Assembly (NCBI GenBank): GCA_040395895.1
Contig: JBEBPN010000021.1
Location: 1,596 to 65,595 of the forward strand
Length of the DNA stretch: 64,000 bases
Source: Dysgonomonas hofstadii
Lineage (GTDB): Bacteria; Bacteroidota; Bacteroidia; Bacteroidales; Dysgonomonadaceae
Reading direction: 5' to 3'
The position numbers and the translations under genes are program-made. Positions 46,036 through 55,654 of the stretch are shown in pieces (position 1 is the stretch's first letter; each line of letters begins with the position of its first letter). The notes under the pieces are model-generated. The model was not told where the DNA came from and ran no database searches. It worked only from the letters and a program-made list of their open reading frames with translations.

Positions 46036-46144
46036 GAGTCTAAGGTTTTTTAGTTATAGTTAAGTGTTAATATAAGTGTGATACTTTTTTAACAATAAAA
46101 GGCGTTAAATTGTTCTCGTCAAATGCAAAATAATGGTAATAAAT

Positions 46145-46177
46145 AAGGTCGGGCTCTAATTCTTAAAGTCCGACCTT
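46145..46177 (-). terminator. Hairpin terminator after the YtxH-like gene
   Basis: AAGGTCGG / CCGACCTT stem. On the minus strand it is followed by a T-rich run. Confidence 0.45.
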
Positions 46178-46196
46178 GTACTATATTATCTTATTA

Positions 46197-46499
46197 TCAG
46201 GCTTTTGCTTTTGCCTTAGCTTCCAATTCTGATAATTCTTCTGCCAGTTTTCCGGCAGCATTAGCTGTTACTTCATTTATTTTTTTCTTTCCTTTTCTTA
46301 CCTCCTGTCTTGCTATAACACCGGCGCGAAGCGCTCTGTTTTTGCCGACCAGAAGTCCGTGATCAAGTTCCGATTTTGCTTTATCGGTAGCGTTATTTAC
46401 TCTGGAGCGTATTTCTTCTCTTGTTTCTTCGTCTGATAACTTTATTGCTGCGTATGCACCTAGTGCACCAACAGCGAGTCCTAAAATAAATCCTTTCAT
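46197..46499 (-). CDS. YtxH domain-containing protein
   Basis: 100 aa. An N-terminal amphipathic/TM segment GFILGLAVGALGAYAA is followed by a Lys/Glu/Ala-rich helix. Confidence 0.7.
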   Translation of the reverse strand: MKGFILGLAVGALGAYAAIKLSDEETREEIRSRVNNATDKAKSELDHGLLVGKNRALRAGVIARQEVRKGKKKINEVTANAAGKLAEELSELEAKAKAKA

Positions 46500-46709
46500 A
46501 TGTGTTATATTTTTGTTAGAGATATTTTTCGTTTCTCGTTTAACAAATATAAGATATTTATTAGAATAACAATCAAAAGAAGATTATTGTTTATCCTTAA
46601 ATAACTAAAATGTTAAAATTATGGTATAAGAAAAAGAGAGAAAATGTTATTTTTTTCGATGAAATGACTATTTTTAGTTTAAAATTATTTTATTGATGTA
46701 ATATTTTAC

Positions 46710-46717
46710 TATATTTG
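46710..46717 (+). promoter_or_regulatory. Bacteroidota -7 box TATATTTG
   Basis: 58 nt upstream of ATG 46775. Confidence 0.4.
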
Positions 46718-46774
46718 TCGATAGAATCATGTTTTTATTGATTTTGAACTATTTATGAACTAAAAGAGCGGACT

Positions 46775-47512
46775 ATGGAATTTAAGGACAGGTTGAAGTA
46801 TTTATTGGAGAAAGATGGGGTAACCGCTTATCGTATATGGAAAGATACAGCTATAACGAAAGGAACTATAGCAAACTACATCGAGGGTAAGACCAACCCC
46901 AACAAATCGAATATCTCCATACTGGCATCGTATTTCGGTGTGAATGAGGATTGGTTGCTGAAAGGTGAAGGCAAGATGAGCCGTTCGAATAAGGTAAAGG
47001 GTGAAGATCCTTATCTGATAACCAAATCGGGAACAAAATATTACGAGATGGCGAACGGTAAGTATCGCATGCGTGTACCCTTTATACCGGTAAAGGCTTA
47101 TGCAAAATATATAGATGAATACAGAGACGCCGAAGTGCTGTACGAAGAGTTTGAAGAATTCGATTTCATCGTGGATAAGATAGGGCACGGGCGTTATTTT
47201 GCTTTCGAGATAAAGGGGGATAGTATGGATAACGATACAAAACGCAGCCTGAGTGACGGTGATATAGTGCTGGCACGCGAGTTGGGAAAAGAGCACTGGC
47301 GCAACAAACTGCATACGGAGGATTTCCCCAACTGGGTAATTGTATTGAATAATACGATCCTTTGCAAGCAGATTATAGAGCAGGATGTGGAGAAGGGTAC
47401 GATAACTTGCCATTCGCTGAATCCATCGCCGGAATATGCCGACTTTGAACTGAAAATGGATAGTGTTTGTCAGTTGATGAATATAGTGCAGCGTGTATCC
47501 AGTACGTTCTGA
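46775..47512 (+). CDS. XRE-type HTH fused to an S24 (LexA/CI-like) peptidase domain
   Basis: The N-terminal HTH reads LKYLLEKDGVTAYRIWKDTAITKGTIANYIEGKTNP...ILASYFGVNEDWLLKGEG. The C-terminus has FEIKGDSMDN (Ser nucleophile) and ILCKQI (candidate general-base Lys). Confidence 0.8.
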   Translation: MEFKDRLKYLLEKDGVTAYRIWKDTAITKGTIANYIEGKTNPNKSNISILASYFGVNEDWLLKGEGKMSRSNKVKGEDPYLITKSGTKYYEMANGKYRMRVPFIPVKAYAKYIDEYRDAEVLYEEFEEFDFIVDKIGHGRYFAFEIKGDSMDNDTKRSLSDGDIVLARELGKEHWRNKLHTEDFPNWVIVLNNTILCKQIIEQDVEKGTITCHSLNPSPEYADFELKMDSVCQLMNIVQRVSSTF

Positions 47513-47524
47513 AAAACGTGGGAT

Positions 47525-48109
47525 CTATATAGTTTGTGATACTTCCCTGATATAGGCTTTCAGTTCGGGGAAAAAGGCATTATAGCCCGATTCTATCGTC
47601 TTATAGTGTTGCTCGAACTCTTCAAAGACGGGCGCATTATCGTCCAGATAACTGGCACGGTTTTTAAGCCTCTCGAAGCTACGTTCTATCATCCAGTTGT
47701 AGCGATAGTTATAGAACCAGTCCTCACTCCTCATATACATAAACATGGAGAGAAATTTTTCGGGAAATATTTCACCGTATTGCTGTATCTGATCGTATGA
47801 CCTTTCTGAAAAAGCATGCCATCCGCCTTCCGGAATATTCTGTTCGTCAAGAGCAAGAAAATGATCATAAGCTACATCGAGAAAAGCTCCTGCATACTTT
47901 CCGGTAGAGGTGCGGAATACCTCTGCTGTCTGATGTGTAACCGGATGATTGTCGGTGAAAGCGTCTATTTGCCGGTGTATGTGTATTCCCCGTTGTACAC
48001 TTTTGGGATACAATTCTATTTGTTTACCTTTGACCAGGTCGGCAATCATGTTTCCCATCAGTACATCAGGGTCGCCAAAAGATAAGTATGCGTGTGCAAG
48101 GAAATTCAT
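47525..48109 (-). CDS. acpH: Acyl carrier protein phosphodiesterase
   Basis: MNFLAHAYLSFGDPDVLMGNMIADLVKG matches the AcpH N-terminus (MNFLAH...). The track ORF extends 9 codons upstream to 48136. Confidence 0.8.
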   Translation of the reverse strand: MNFLAHAYLSFGDPDVLMGNMIADLVKGKQIELYPKSVQRGIHIHRQIDAFTDNHPVTHQTAEVFRTSTGKYAGAFLDVAYDHFLALDEQNIPEGGWHAFSERSYDQIQQYGEIFPEKFLSMFMYMRSEDWFYNYRYNWMIERSFERLKNRASYLDDNAPVFEEFEQHYKTIESGYNAFFPELKAYIREVSQTI

Positions 48110-48368
48110 TCTTGTTCTCTTTTCAATAAAAGACAAAGATACGTTTTATAAATTGCATTCGCGATAAACCCGAAATTTATAGACCTTATGGTTCATCCTG
48201 TCTCAAGGATTTTATATAAATTTCAAAGAATTAAGACGGTTTCATCGATTAACCACACAAAACTACCGGTCATCGTATGCAAACCACCTTTCATCAAAAA
48301 GAATTGATTTATTGTTTTTCTCTTACTACTTTTAATGTGGCTAAACAATTAAGTAATTGATATAGAAA

Positions 48369-49010
48369 ATGAAAACGTGGACAGGAGTATTTGTTCTTAT
48401 TTTAGGAGGATTATTTGCATATGCTATAATTGCCCGTCCTTACGAACGGAATTACACTATAGACGAAGAGGCAGGTATGAAAAATATAGTGGCTAAAATA
48501 AATGACCTGACAGCAGATGGTTTTGTTTATAAGCTGACGATTTCATCGCAGCGCGAGCAAGGCGATATGGATTTTCTTACCTTATTTGTTGTAGATACCA
48601 AAAAGGAAACACATCAGAAAATCAAATTTAATCGTTCCGGCGCTTTTCTTAACTCTGTTGATAGGGAAGAGCTTGATTATTCATCAAAAGAAGAGAGCCC
48701 GATTAACGTTTTGAACCTATTCAATGTCTTGAATATTATAGACGAATGTAAAGAAAGAATACCCGACGGTTATAAATATCGGCACACTGAATATGTTTCG
48801 GTTAATAATAATCGGATGGATATAAGGATTGCCGTTACTCCCGAAGGTAAGGATAAAGTGCTTAAAAATAAGTGTATACATCAGGAGACTTATATAAAGA
48901 CAGAGTATTCTGCCGGTCGGAGAGGGCAGACAAGAACGAGGACTGTGCAACGCAAATACTATATTATGAAGTTTAATGTCGACAAGAATGGGAAGGTGTC
49001 CTGCTATTAA
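48369..49010 (+). CDS. Hypothetical membrane-anchored protein
   Basis: 213 aa with an N-terminal TM helix (GVFVLILGGLFAYAII). No recognised domain. Confidence 0.55.
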   Translation: MKTWTGVFVLILGGLFAYAIIARPYERNYTIDEEAGMKNIVAKINDLTADGFVYKLTISSQREQGDMDFLTLFVVDTKKETHQKIKFNRSGAFLNSVDREELDYSSKEESPINVLNLFNVLNIIDECKERIPDGYKYRHTEYVSVNNNRMDIRIAVTPEGKDKVLKNKCIHQETYIKTEYSAGRRGQTRTRTVQRKYYIMKFNVDKNGKVSCY

Positions 49011-49075
49011 TAGCTGATTAATAAAAAACAGCCATATCCGAAGATATGGCTGATACACACGTCACTTATCAGAAA

Positions 49076-50332
49076 CTATTGCTTAACAATAGGGAACTTA
49101 CTTATCTGTTTGATGTTTTGCAGATCGGAATAGTCATATTGATATAAACCGTCGTCAGCTATCATCATCAGTATATTGTTGTGCGGAATAACATCGTAGC
49201 CGTCCATGCCTTCATAGTGCGCCAGCTTGTTGGCCATCAGTGTTTGAGGGTCTTCCGAATTGTATATCTTTAATCCTTCATCGCACAGGAAGAGAGTATT
49301 GTTGTCGATGCCCAGCCCTTTCGGATTTTTCATAGCGTATGATGCAATATTCTTCGGTTTCTTCACATCGGTAACATCTATAGCAAGCAATTCATTGGCA
49401 TTCTGTCCGCAGAAGTTGCCTGTGCGTATGGTTACGTATGCTATGTTGTTGTCAACCACTACCGGATCGCATCCGAAGATGTGAGAGATAGCGGATTGAT
49501 ATTCCGGTTTCACCGGATCGGCTACAGAGAAAATAATCAGCCCGCGCGGGGTTCCCATAAACATATTCTCACCATAGTTGAATATTGTTTCCACATCCCA
49601 ACCTACATGTATGTTCTCATTTACCATTTCAGGCTTATCGTTTGTCAGTTTAAAGATGTTCATCTGATTATTTATTACCGTGTACAAATAATCCTTGTAC
49701 AAGCTGAATCGCGACATAGACCCGTTGAGTCCATTGCTTTTATTGCCTCCACCTTCGGAGGATGCATAATCATCGTATATGCCGGGTTTGTTTTTAGCTA
49801 CCTGTACGCTGCGTTCTACAAGATTCCATCCTACAACCACTCCTTTTTCAGCTCTTTGACTATAATACATGTCATAGTCGTAGCCTGCACCGTTTTCTAT
49901 AGTAGGCAGTGCTTGAATAAATACATCGTTAAGTCTTCCTTTTAGCTCAGGTTTAGCAGGATTGGTCATGTCGAACCAAACGAGGTCTACATAGGCATCG
50001 GCATAGAGTATATTCTCGCGTACCGATAGGTCGACATTTCCAGTAATTTCGATGAATCCGACATTTTTCGGACTCGCAGGGGTACGGTTGTCTATGATGT
50101 GTATGCCTTTCTCCGGTTCGGAAATGTAGAGGTAGCCGTTATAGAAACATATTTTGCCCTGATTGGTTATTGTCTGTGGTGTAGTGGATACTTTTACCGA
50201 GTTGCGAAACTCTTTAGCGTCCATAAATATCGGTTCGTTTATCTGATAGGTATATGTTTCGTAGTTGTCGTCACTGCAGCTGTACGAGAGGCACAGCAGA
50301 GGGATAAAGATTGCGAATAAGATTTTTTTCAT
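49076..50332 (-). CDS. LVIVD-repeat-like beta-propeller lipoprotein
   Basis: Lipobox PLLCLSYSC. Recurrent h-h-h-D-h-(S/T)-x-x-x-x-P motifs: VWFDMTNPAKP, LAIDVTDVKKP, FSVADPVKP. Confidence 0.6.
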   Translation of the reverse strand: MKKILFAIFIPLLCLSYSCSDDNYETYTYQINEPIFMDAKEFRNSVKVSTTPQTITNQGKICFYNGYLYISEPEKGIHIIDNRTPASPKNVGFIEITGNVDLSVRENILYADAYVDLVWFDMTNPAKPELKGRLNDVFIQALPTIENGAGYDYDMYYSQRAEKGVVVGWNLVERSVQVAKNKPGIYDDYASSEGGGNKSNGLNGSMSRFSLYKDYLYTVINNQMNIFKLTNDKPEMVNENIHVGWDVETIFNYGENMFMGTPRGLIIFSVADPVKPEYQSAISHIFGCDPVVVDNNIAYVTIRTGNFCGQNANELLAIDVTDVKKPKNIASYAMKNPKGLGIDNNTLFLCDEGLKIYNSEDPQTLMANKLAHYEGMDGYDVIPHNNILMMIADDGLYQYDYSDLQNIKQISKFPIVKQ

Positions 50333-50430
50333 AGTCGTTAATTTTTTTAAGTGTTAGAATAATTGGGCTATTACAATTATAATATGATGTTGTACAACAA
50401 AATCGGTTATATATTATATGAGTTCTGGTA

Positions 50431-51804
50431 TCAGAACTGGAATCTCAGCCCTGCTCCAAGTCCGAATACTGTATTCTTATCGGTGCGGATACTCATCGGC
50501 TGATTATTGTCGAAATAGTACGAAATACGCGGTTCTACATAGAGCCCCCAACCTTCATAGAAGTTATACGATGCACCCACAGAGGCATTCAGCGACCATT
50601 GCATACCGTCTACACTGCCTTTGTCGCGTATGTTTGAAGTTTTCTCTTTATTGACAAACATATCCTGTGTGTAGATGCCTCTAAGCCCTTTTTCGGCCAT
50701 TCCACCGCCTGATATATATACATTCCATTTCGGGTTGTTCCACAGATAAACTACCAGATTAAGTGGAATGCCGAGATAGTGTATCTCCTGTTTTGCCTGA
50801 TAATGTGGTGTGCCGTTTCTCTTCATAGTGGTAGAAAGGTATGTATATACCAAGCCTGTTTCTACCCCGATGCGATCGGTTATATTTTTTCTCACTGTAA
50901 TACCAAAAGATAATGGTATAGCATGATCGACTTCTGTAAAATCTTCCGGAGCCAGCATATTGTTGGCAAACAAAGGTATTCCTCCACCGTCGGGAGAGGA
51001 CTTATCTGCATTCATGCTGCTGAACATAAGATTGTTCGTTCCCCCTCCTGCAGATATTCCATTGCCGGAAGAAACGGATGCTGCAAGAAGCCAGTTGTCC
51101 GATGATCTTTCCTTTTCGGGTAGCAGTATTCTTTCTGTTTTCTGGCTTTGTAGTGTTCTGCTCCTTTGGTTTTCGGACGAGGTAGTAGGTTGTTTATCAG
51201 TTGATTGCTTGTCTGACGGCTGTTTCTCCGGTGTTTGCTTATCTGAAGCTTGTTTGTCCGGCATTTGTTTGTTCGGTACAATATTGTTAATCGGATCATT
51301 ATCAGTTGGGTTACCTGTCGTATTATCAGCCAGATTAACAGTGTCTATAGCCGAAATGATCTGACCTATAGCTTTGTTAGTATCTTCCTGATCTGTAGCA
51401 TTCAGGGCGATATGTCTGTTTGCTGCCTGCCTGCTTATATATGGCAATCTGCTCGGGTAGGCAGAAGTTGCAGGTGTGGTTGTTTCTATGTTTTTTATAC
51501 TCTCTTCTATTTTCCTTTCCTGTTTTGGAGGCATTACTATTTCACCCGATGAAATCATTTTCAGTGCAGATACATTACTATCCTGCGAATTGAATAGCAA
51601 GGCCGATATGATAACGGCTATAGAAGCTGCCGCGCCCCCGATCCACCACATGAACCGTTTGTTACCTTTCGGTTGTAGCCGTTGTTCTATTTCATCCCAA
51701 CATGCTTCGTCGACAGGCATACGGTAGTCTTCCAGTTTTTGCTGTATCAGCTTACTGAAATCGTCCGATGGTTCATTATAATTTTTCAAGTCTGGCATCT
51801 TCAT
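50431..51804 (-). CDS. Anti-sigma-like N-domain + TM + Lys/Gln-rich linker + C-terminal outer-membrane beta-barrel (porin-family) domain
   Basis: It overlaps the upstream ECF sigma stop by about 29 nt. TM helix FMWWIGGAAASIAVIISALLF. Pentapeptide (D/E)KQxx x5 at nt 51184-51273. The C-terminus ...GLGAGLRFQF ends in the Phe typical of OMPs. Confidence 0.7.
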   Translation of the reverse strand: MKMPDLKNYNEPSDDFSKLIQQKLEDYRMPVDEACWDEIEQRLQPKGNKRFMWWIGGAAASIAVIISALLFNSQDSNVSALKMISSGEIVMPPKQERKIEESIKNIETTTPATSAYPSRLPYISRQAANRHIALNATDQEDTNKAIGQIISAIDTVNLADNTTGNPTDNDPINNIVPNKQMPDKQASDKQTPEKQPSDKQSTDKQPTTSSENQRSRTLQSQKTERILLPEKERSSDNWLLAASVSSGNGISAGGGTNNLMFSSMNADKSSPDGGGIPLFANNMLAPEDFTEVDHAIPLSFGITVRKNITDRIGVETGLVYTYLSTTMKRNGTPHYQAKQEIHYLGIPLNLVVYLWNNPKWNVYISGGGMAEKGLRGIYTQDMFVNKEKTSNIRDKGSVDGMQWSLNASVGASYNFYEGWGLYVEPRISYYFDNNQPMSIRTDKNTVFGLGAGLRFQF

Positions 51805-52336
51805 GCGTTATTAATGATTGCACATTTTTTTGCAGGACCTTTCGGGCCCTAATAAACTGTGAACGAGAGGTGCTTTCTTTTATATTCAGCATTTCAGCTA
51901 TTTCGGCATGTGAATAACCTTCTATTGCAAAAAGGTTGAACACGGTACGAAATCCGCTGGGAAGTTTGGCTATACAAGCCATCAGTTCTTCTGCAGAAAG
52001 CTTTTCCAAAGCGGAATAATCTTTATTATCCGCCGCATCGTAATATTCGTCGATGCTTACACTTTGCTTGAGCGTATCATTCTTGCGTAGGTGTTCGAGA
52101 GCCGTAGTTACAAAAACCCGCCGTATCCATCCGCCCAGCGAACCCGTTCCGGAATACATATCTATTTTTGTAAATACTCTGATAAATCCGTCCTGAAGCA
52201 GGTCGCGAGCCGTCTCCCGGTTGTTTACATAGCGCATACATACACCCATCATGACAGGTGCATACTGCTCGTAAATTTGTTTACGAGCCCAAGATTCGCC
52301 ACGTTTACATCCCGCGATTAGTAACTCTTCCTCCAT
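51776..52336 (-). CDS. RNA polymerase ECF-type sigma-70 family factor
   Basis: Region 2 (ARDLLQDGFIRVF, WIRRVFVTTALEHLRK) and region 4 (LPSGFRTVFNLFAIEGYSHAEIAEMLNIKESTSRSQFIRARK). Confidence 0.85.
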   Translation of the reverse strand: MEEELLIAGCKRGESWARKQIYEQYAPVMMGVCMRYVNNRETARDLLQDGFIRVFTKIDMYSGTGSLGGWIRRVFVTTALEHLRKNDTLKQSVSIDEYYDAADNKDYSALEKLSAEELMACIAKLPSGFRTVFNLFAIEGYSHAEIAEMLNIKESTSRSQFIRARKVLQKNVQSLITHEDARLEKL

Positions 52337-52485
52337 CAGCTGATACTCTCTATTTTACTTGATGCAAAACGTTATGGATAAGTTGCATCAGGTATAAATA
52401 ATTGATGTTAATTTATTTTATACAAACAAAGCCTCCTTTACCGGGAAGCTTTGTGTATGAAGTGAAAAAATAAATGGTCAAACAG

Positions 52486-52869
52486 CTATCCGTCCTCATT
52501 GATTCTTCTCAGTCGCATAACTATTTTATCTGGTTCATTGATGTCTGTTACAGTCATTATACTGTCTTCTATCCTGAATTTGCATATCCGCTCCTTTCCG
52601 AGCTGATCTACCACCTTTATCTGGTCGTCTTTGATGCTGTATATTCCGACAAATGTACTGCTCGACGTTTTTCCGTCATTTTTTATATCCATATAGATAG
52701 TGTCTCTTTCAAACCTTAGTTCGGGTGAGCAGATAGAATCGTTCGCTATCAGGAAAGACGTATCGCCCGAATCGTCCAGTTCCATCGCCCAACGGCCTGC
52801 AATAGCATTGCGTTCGCCGCAAGCCATCAGAATGAATATACATAAACAACAAAAGATAAGCTTTTTCAT
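52486..52869 (-). CDS. Hypothetical lipoprotein
   Basis: MKKLIFCCLCIFILMACG lipobox from the internal ATG (52869). Confidence 0.6.
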   Translation of the reverse strand: MKKLIFCCLCIFILMACGERNAIAGRWAMELDDSGDTSFLIANDSICSPELRFERDTIYMDIKNDGKTSSSTFVGIYSIKDDQIKVVDQLGKERICKFRIEDSIMTVTDINEPDKIVMRLRRINEDG

Positions 52870-53019
52870 CGTTATTTTACCAAATAAGGTGCAATATATA
52901 AAATTATCAGACACCTTATATCATTTTTTTATCTAGATTTGTATTTCAGGAGGTTGTTTATTCTTTATTAATCATTGCTTGATTTGCCCGACTGAATGAT
53001 TGACGAAAAACAATATGAT

Positions 53020-53670
53020 ATGAAAACACCAATATTATTTCTACTGGCTGTGATAATCTCGTTGCCCGCCGTTGCTCAGGAAGGGCATAAGCTGAATACC
53101 GGAATAGATATGTCTTTTGGATTGCATTACTTCGACAGCGACAGGGGAAACCCGCTGGCGGGCGGAATAAGTGTGGGTTATGAGTACGATTTTATTTTCT
53201 TTTTCGGAGTCGAAGCCGGATTCAGGTTTGGAGGATTCAATCAAAAGATCAATTTTACCGATCCTAATCTGGGGCCCGATCCGGTTGGAAACAATAGTTT
53301 AGGCGGCAAAGATATATACAGAGGTACATATCTGGCTCCTTATATTGCACCTAAGATATATCTGCCTATAGGCTACGATGAAAAGAAAGACCGGCCTCGC
53401 TTCATCTATATCGAAAACAGGTTCTCGTATACCCGTATCAATCTCGATCTGGATAAAATAACCGATATGCAGGGTTCTGCCCACAAGTGGCATTTTCAGT
53501 ACGAGATCAGAGCCGGATATCAGTTCCCTGTGAATGACCGATGGGCTATAAACTGCTGGCTGGGATACAATACATTCGATTTCTCAAAAGTAAAACCCGA
53601 ATCTATAAAGTTTAAGAACACTACACCGATACAACTGGGGGTAGGTTTCAATTATATTATAAAACAGTAA
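53020..53670 (+). CDS. Outer-membrane beta-barrel protein (small OMP)
   Basis: Signal peptide MKTPILFLLAVIISLPAVAQ and an alternating aromatic beta-strand pattern. Confidence 0.6.
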   Translation: MKTPILFLLAVIISLPAVAQEGHKLNTGIDMSFGLHYFDSDRGNPLAGGISVGYEYDFIFFFGVEAGFRFGGFNQKINFTDPNLGPDPVGNNSLGGKDIYRGTYLAPYIAPKIYLPIGYDEKKDRPRFIYIENRFSYTRINLDLDKITDMQGSAHKWHFQYEIRAGYQFPVNDRWAINCWLGYNTFDFSKVKPESIKFKNTTPIQLGVGFNYIIKQ

Positions 53671-53738
53671 ATTATCGGGTGTTCTTTGGGGGGTGCCCAT
53701 TCCGGATCGCAACTAAATTAACTAAACATCAATTATTT

Positions 53739-54500
53739 ATGATTATTAAAAAGACTTTAACTCTGCTGGCTGCTATCGTAGTGGCAGGAAGCACTATGTT
53801 TGCTCAGGAATCACTTTATTCGATGACGGTGAATGGAGCACTTAACCTTTCGGATATGGATATAAGCAATCTGAAAACGAAATTGAAACCCGGATATTAT
53901 TTCAATGCGACTTTCGAGTATAACCTGCCTAAGAATTTCTTTCTGCAAACGGGGGTTGGATTCTCCAATAAAGGGGCAAAGGTGAAAGACCATGAGTCGG
54001 GGACGATAAAGGGTAGCGAGCTTGCAACTATTATTCAGGATGACAGAATAAACCCTAATGCAACATATTATTATGCCAGTGCCGCAGACGGGAAGTATAA
54101 TACCCAATATATTACAATTCCGCTTATGGGCGGTTACAGGCTTTCAGTATCTGAGAAAGTAAGGATGAATCTGTCTTTAGGGCCATATTTCGGTTATGGT
54201 ATAGGGGGAAAATCGAAAGTATCACAAATGATAGCAGTAAGATCTGCGCTTACGATACCCGGAAACGGAATGAATGAATTGGATGATTTTTCCGTAACAG
54301 CAGGTCAGGGGTATGATGTAAAATCGTTCGACATACTGAAACGCTTCGATATGGGACTGCGTGGTAATGTGGGAATCGAATACTACCGTTTTCTGCTGAA
54401 TGTGGGCTATGAATATGGTTTTATAAATCAGGTTAAAGAAGGGCAGGGATCTTCTTATAATATGAATTTATTTGTAGGATTAGGGTTTCGTATATTCTAA
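53739..54500 (+). CDS. Outer-membrane beta-barrel protein (porin family)
   Basis: Signal peptide MIIKKTLTLLAAIVVAGSTMFAQ. C-terminal ...FVGLGFRIF with a terminal Phe. Confidence 0.7.
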   Translation: MIIKKTLTLLAAIVVAGSTMFAQESLYSMTVNGALNLSDMDISNLKTKLKPGYYFNATFEYNLPKNFFLQTGVGFSNKGAKVKDHESGTIKGSELATIIQDDRINPNATYYYASAADGKYNTQYITIPLMGGYRLSVSEKVRMNLSLGPYFGYGIGGKSKVSQMIAVRSALTIPGNGMNELDDFSVTAGQGYDVKSFDILKRFDMGLRGNVGIEYYRFLLNVGYEYGFINQVKEGQGSSYNMNLFVGLGFRIF

Positions 54501-54546
54501 ATCTGCATAAGATAAACGCATCAGAATTTAGAGCCTTTTAATCGCT

Positions 54547-54574
54547 GTAGGGGCGAAAGATTTTTCGTTCCTAC
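54547..54574. repeat. REP-like hairpin copy GTAGGGGCGAAAGATTTTTCGTTCCTAC
   Basis: Simple 28-nt form of the GTAGGGGC...CCTAC family. Confidence 0.7.
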
Positions 54575-54620
54575 AAACGACTTGATTTACTCTGTATATT
54601 ACAGATTTTATCTAAGAAAT

Positions 54621-54655
54621 AAAAACAGGGAACACATCGCATATTCCCTGTTTTT
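54621..54655. terminator. Bidirectional terminator between convergent genes
   Basis: AAAAACAGGGAA / TTCCCTGTTTTT, a 12-bp stem. Confidence 0.7.
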
Positions 54656-54678
54656 GTGAAAAATAGTGGTATAAAATA

Positions 54679-55638
54679 TTATTGAAGATGTATGTTTCTT
54701 TCTTTCAGTACCTTTATCATATCGGCAGTCATCTTTTCCAGATCGTACTCAGGACACCAGCCCCATTCCTGACGGGCACAAGTATCATCCAGTGAGTTAG
54801 GCCACGAATCGGCTATCGCTTGTTTCAGCGGATCTACGTCGTATTCCATAACAAAGTCAGGATAGTGTTTCTTAATCGCCTTATACAACATTTCGGGATC
54901 GAAGCTCATGGCTGCAATGTTGAACGAGTTGCGGTGTATAAGCTTCGCCGGATCAGCTTCCATTATGCTGATAGCAGCATTCAGGGCATCGGGCATATAC
55001 ATCATATCCATAAAAGTACCGGCTTTTAGCGGGCAGATAAACTTCTCTTCCTTCACGGCATTGTAGTAGATCTCTACGGCATAGTCGGTGGTTCCACCAC
55101 CCGGATGCGTCAGATTAGAGATGATTCCCGGAAACCGGACCGAGCGTGTATCAACCTTCCAGCGGGTGTAATAATAATCGCTGAGAAGTTCACCCATTAC
55201 TTTCGTAATACCATAGACCGTATTCGGCCGTTGCACGGTATCCTGAGGTGTTTTATCTTTCGGCGTATCAGGCCCGAAAGCACCTATCGAACTCGGAGTA
55301 AATACAGCACAGTTGAAATCGCGAGCTACATCGAGGCAGTTCATCAGACTACCTACACCCACATCCCAACCCAGTTTTGGGTTTTTCTCTGCTGTTGCCG
55401 ACAGTATGGCAGCCAGATTGTAAATAGTATCTATGTTGTACTTCTTTACTACATCCGCTATTTGCTGCGCATCGGTAGCATCTATTTCTACCGTAGGACC
55501 CCAGTCGAAGAATCCTTCGGGGTAGGGTGGTTTGTAATATCCGCAAATCACATTACTGTCGCCGTATATAGAGCGCAGCCTGATACTTAATTCCGAGCCT
55601 ATCTGGCCGGTACTACCTACAATAAGAATGTTTTTCAT
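54679..55638 (-). CDS. tdh: L-threonine 3-dehydrogenase (NAD-dependent epimerase/dehydratase-type)
   Basis: Rossmann motif IVGSTGQIGSEL and YGITK (YxxxK). It is operonic with kbl immediately upstream, the classical tdh-kbl pairing. Confidence 0.8.
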   Translation of the reverse strand: MKNILIVGSTGQIGSELSIRLRSIYGDSNVICGYYKPPYPEGFFDWGPTVEIDATDAQQIADVVKKYNIDTIYNLAAILSATAEKNPKLGWDVGVGSLMNCLDVARDFNCAVFTPSSIGAFGPDTPKDKTPQDTVQRPNTVYGITKVMGELLSDYYYTRWKVDTRSVRFPGIISNLTHPGGGTTDYAVEIYYNAVKEEKFICPLKAGTFMDMMYMPDALNAAISIMEADPAKLIHRNSFNIAAMSFDPEMLYKAIKKHYPDFVMEYDVDPLKQAIADSWPNSLDDTCARQEWGWCPEYDLEKMTADMIKVLKERNIHLQ

Positions 55639-55654
55639 ACGATGATCTATAATG

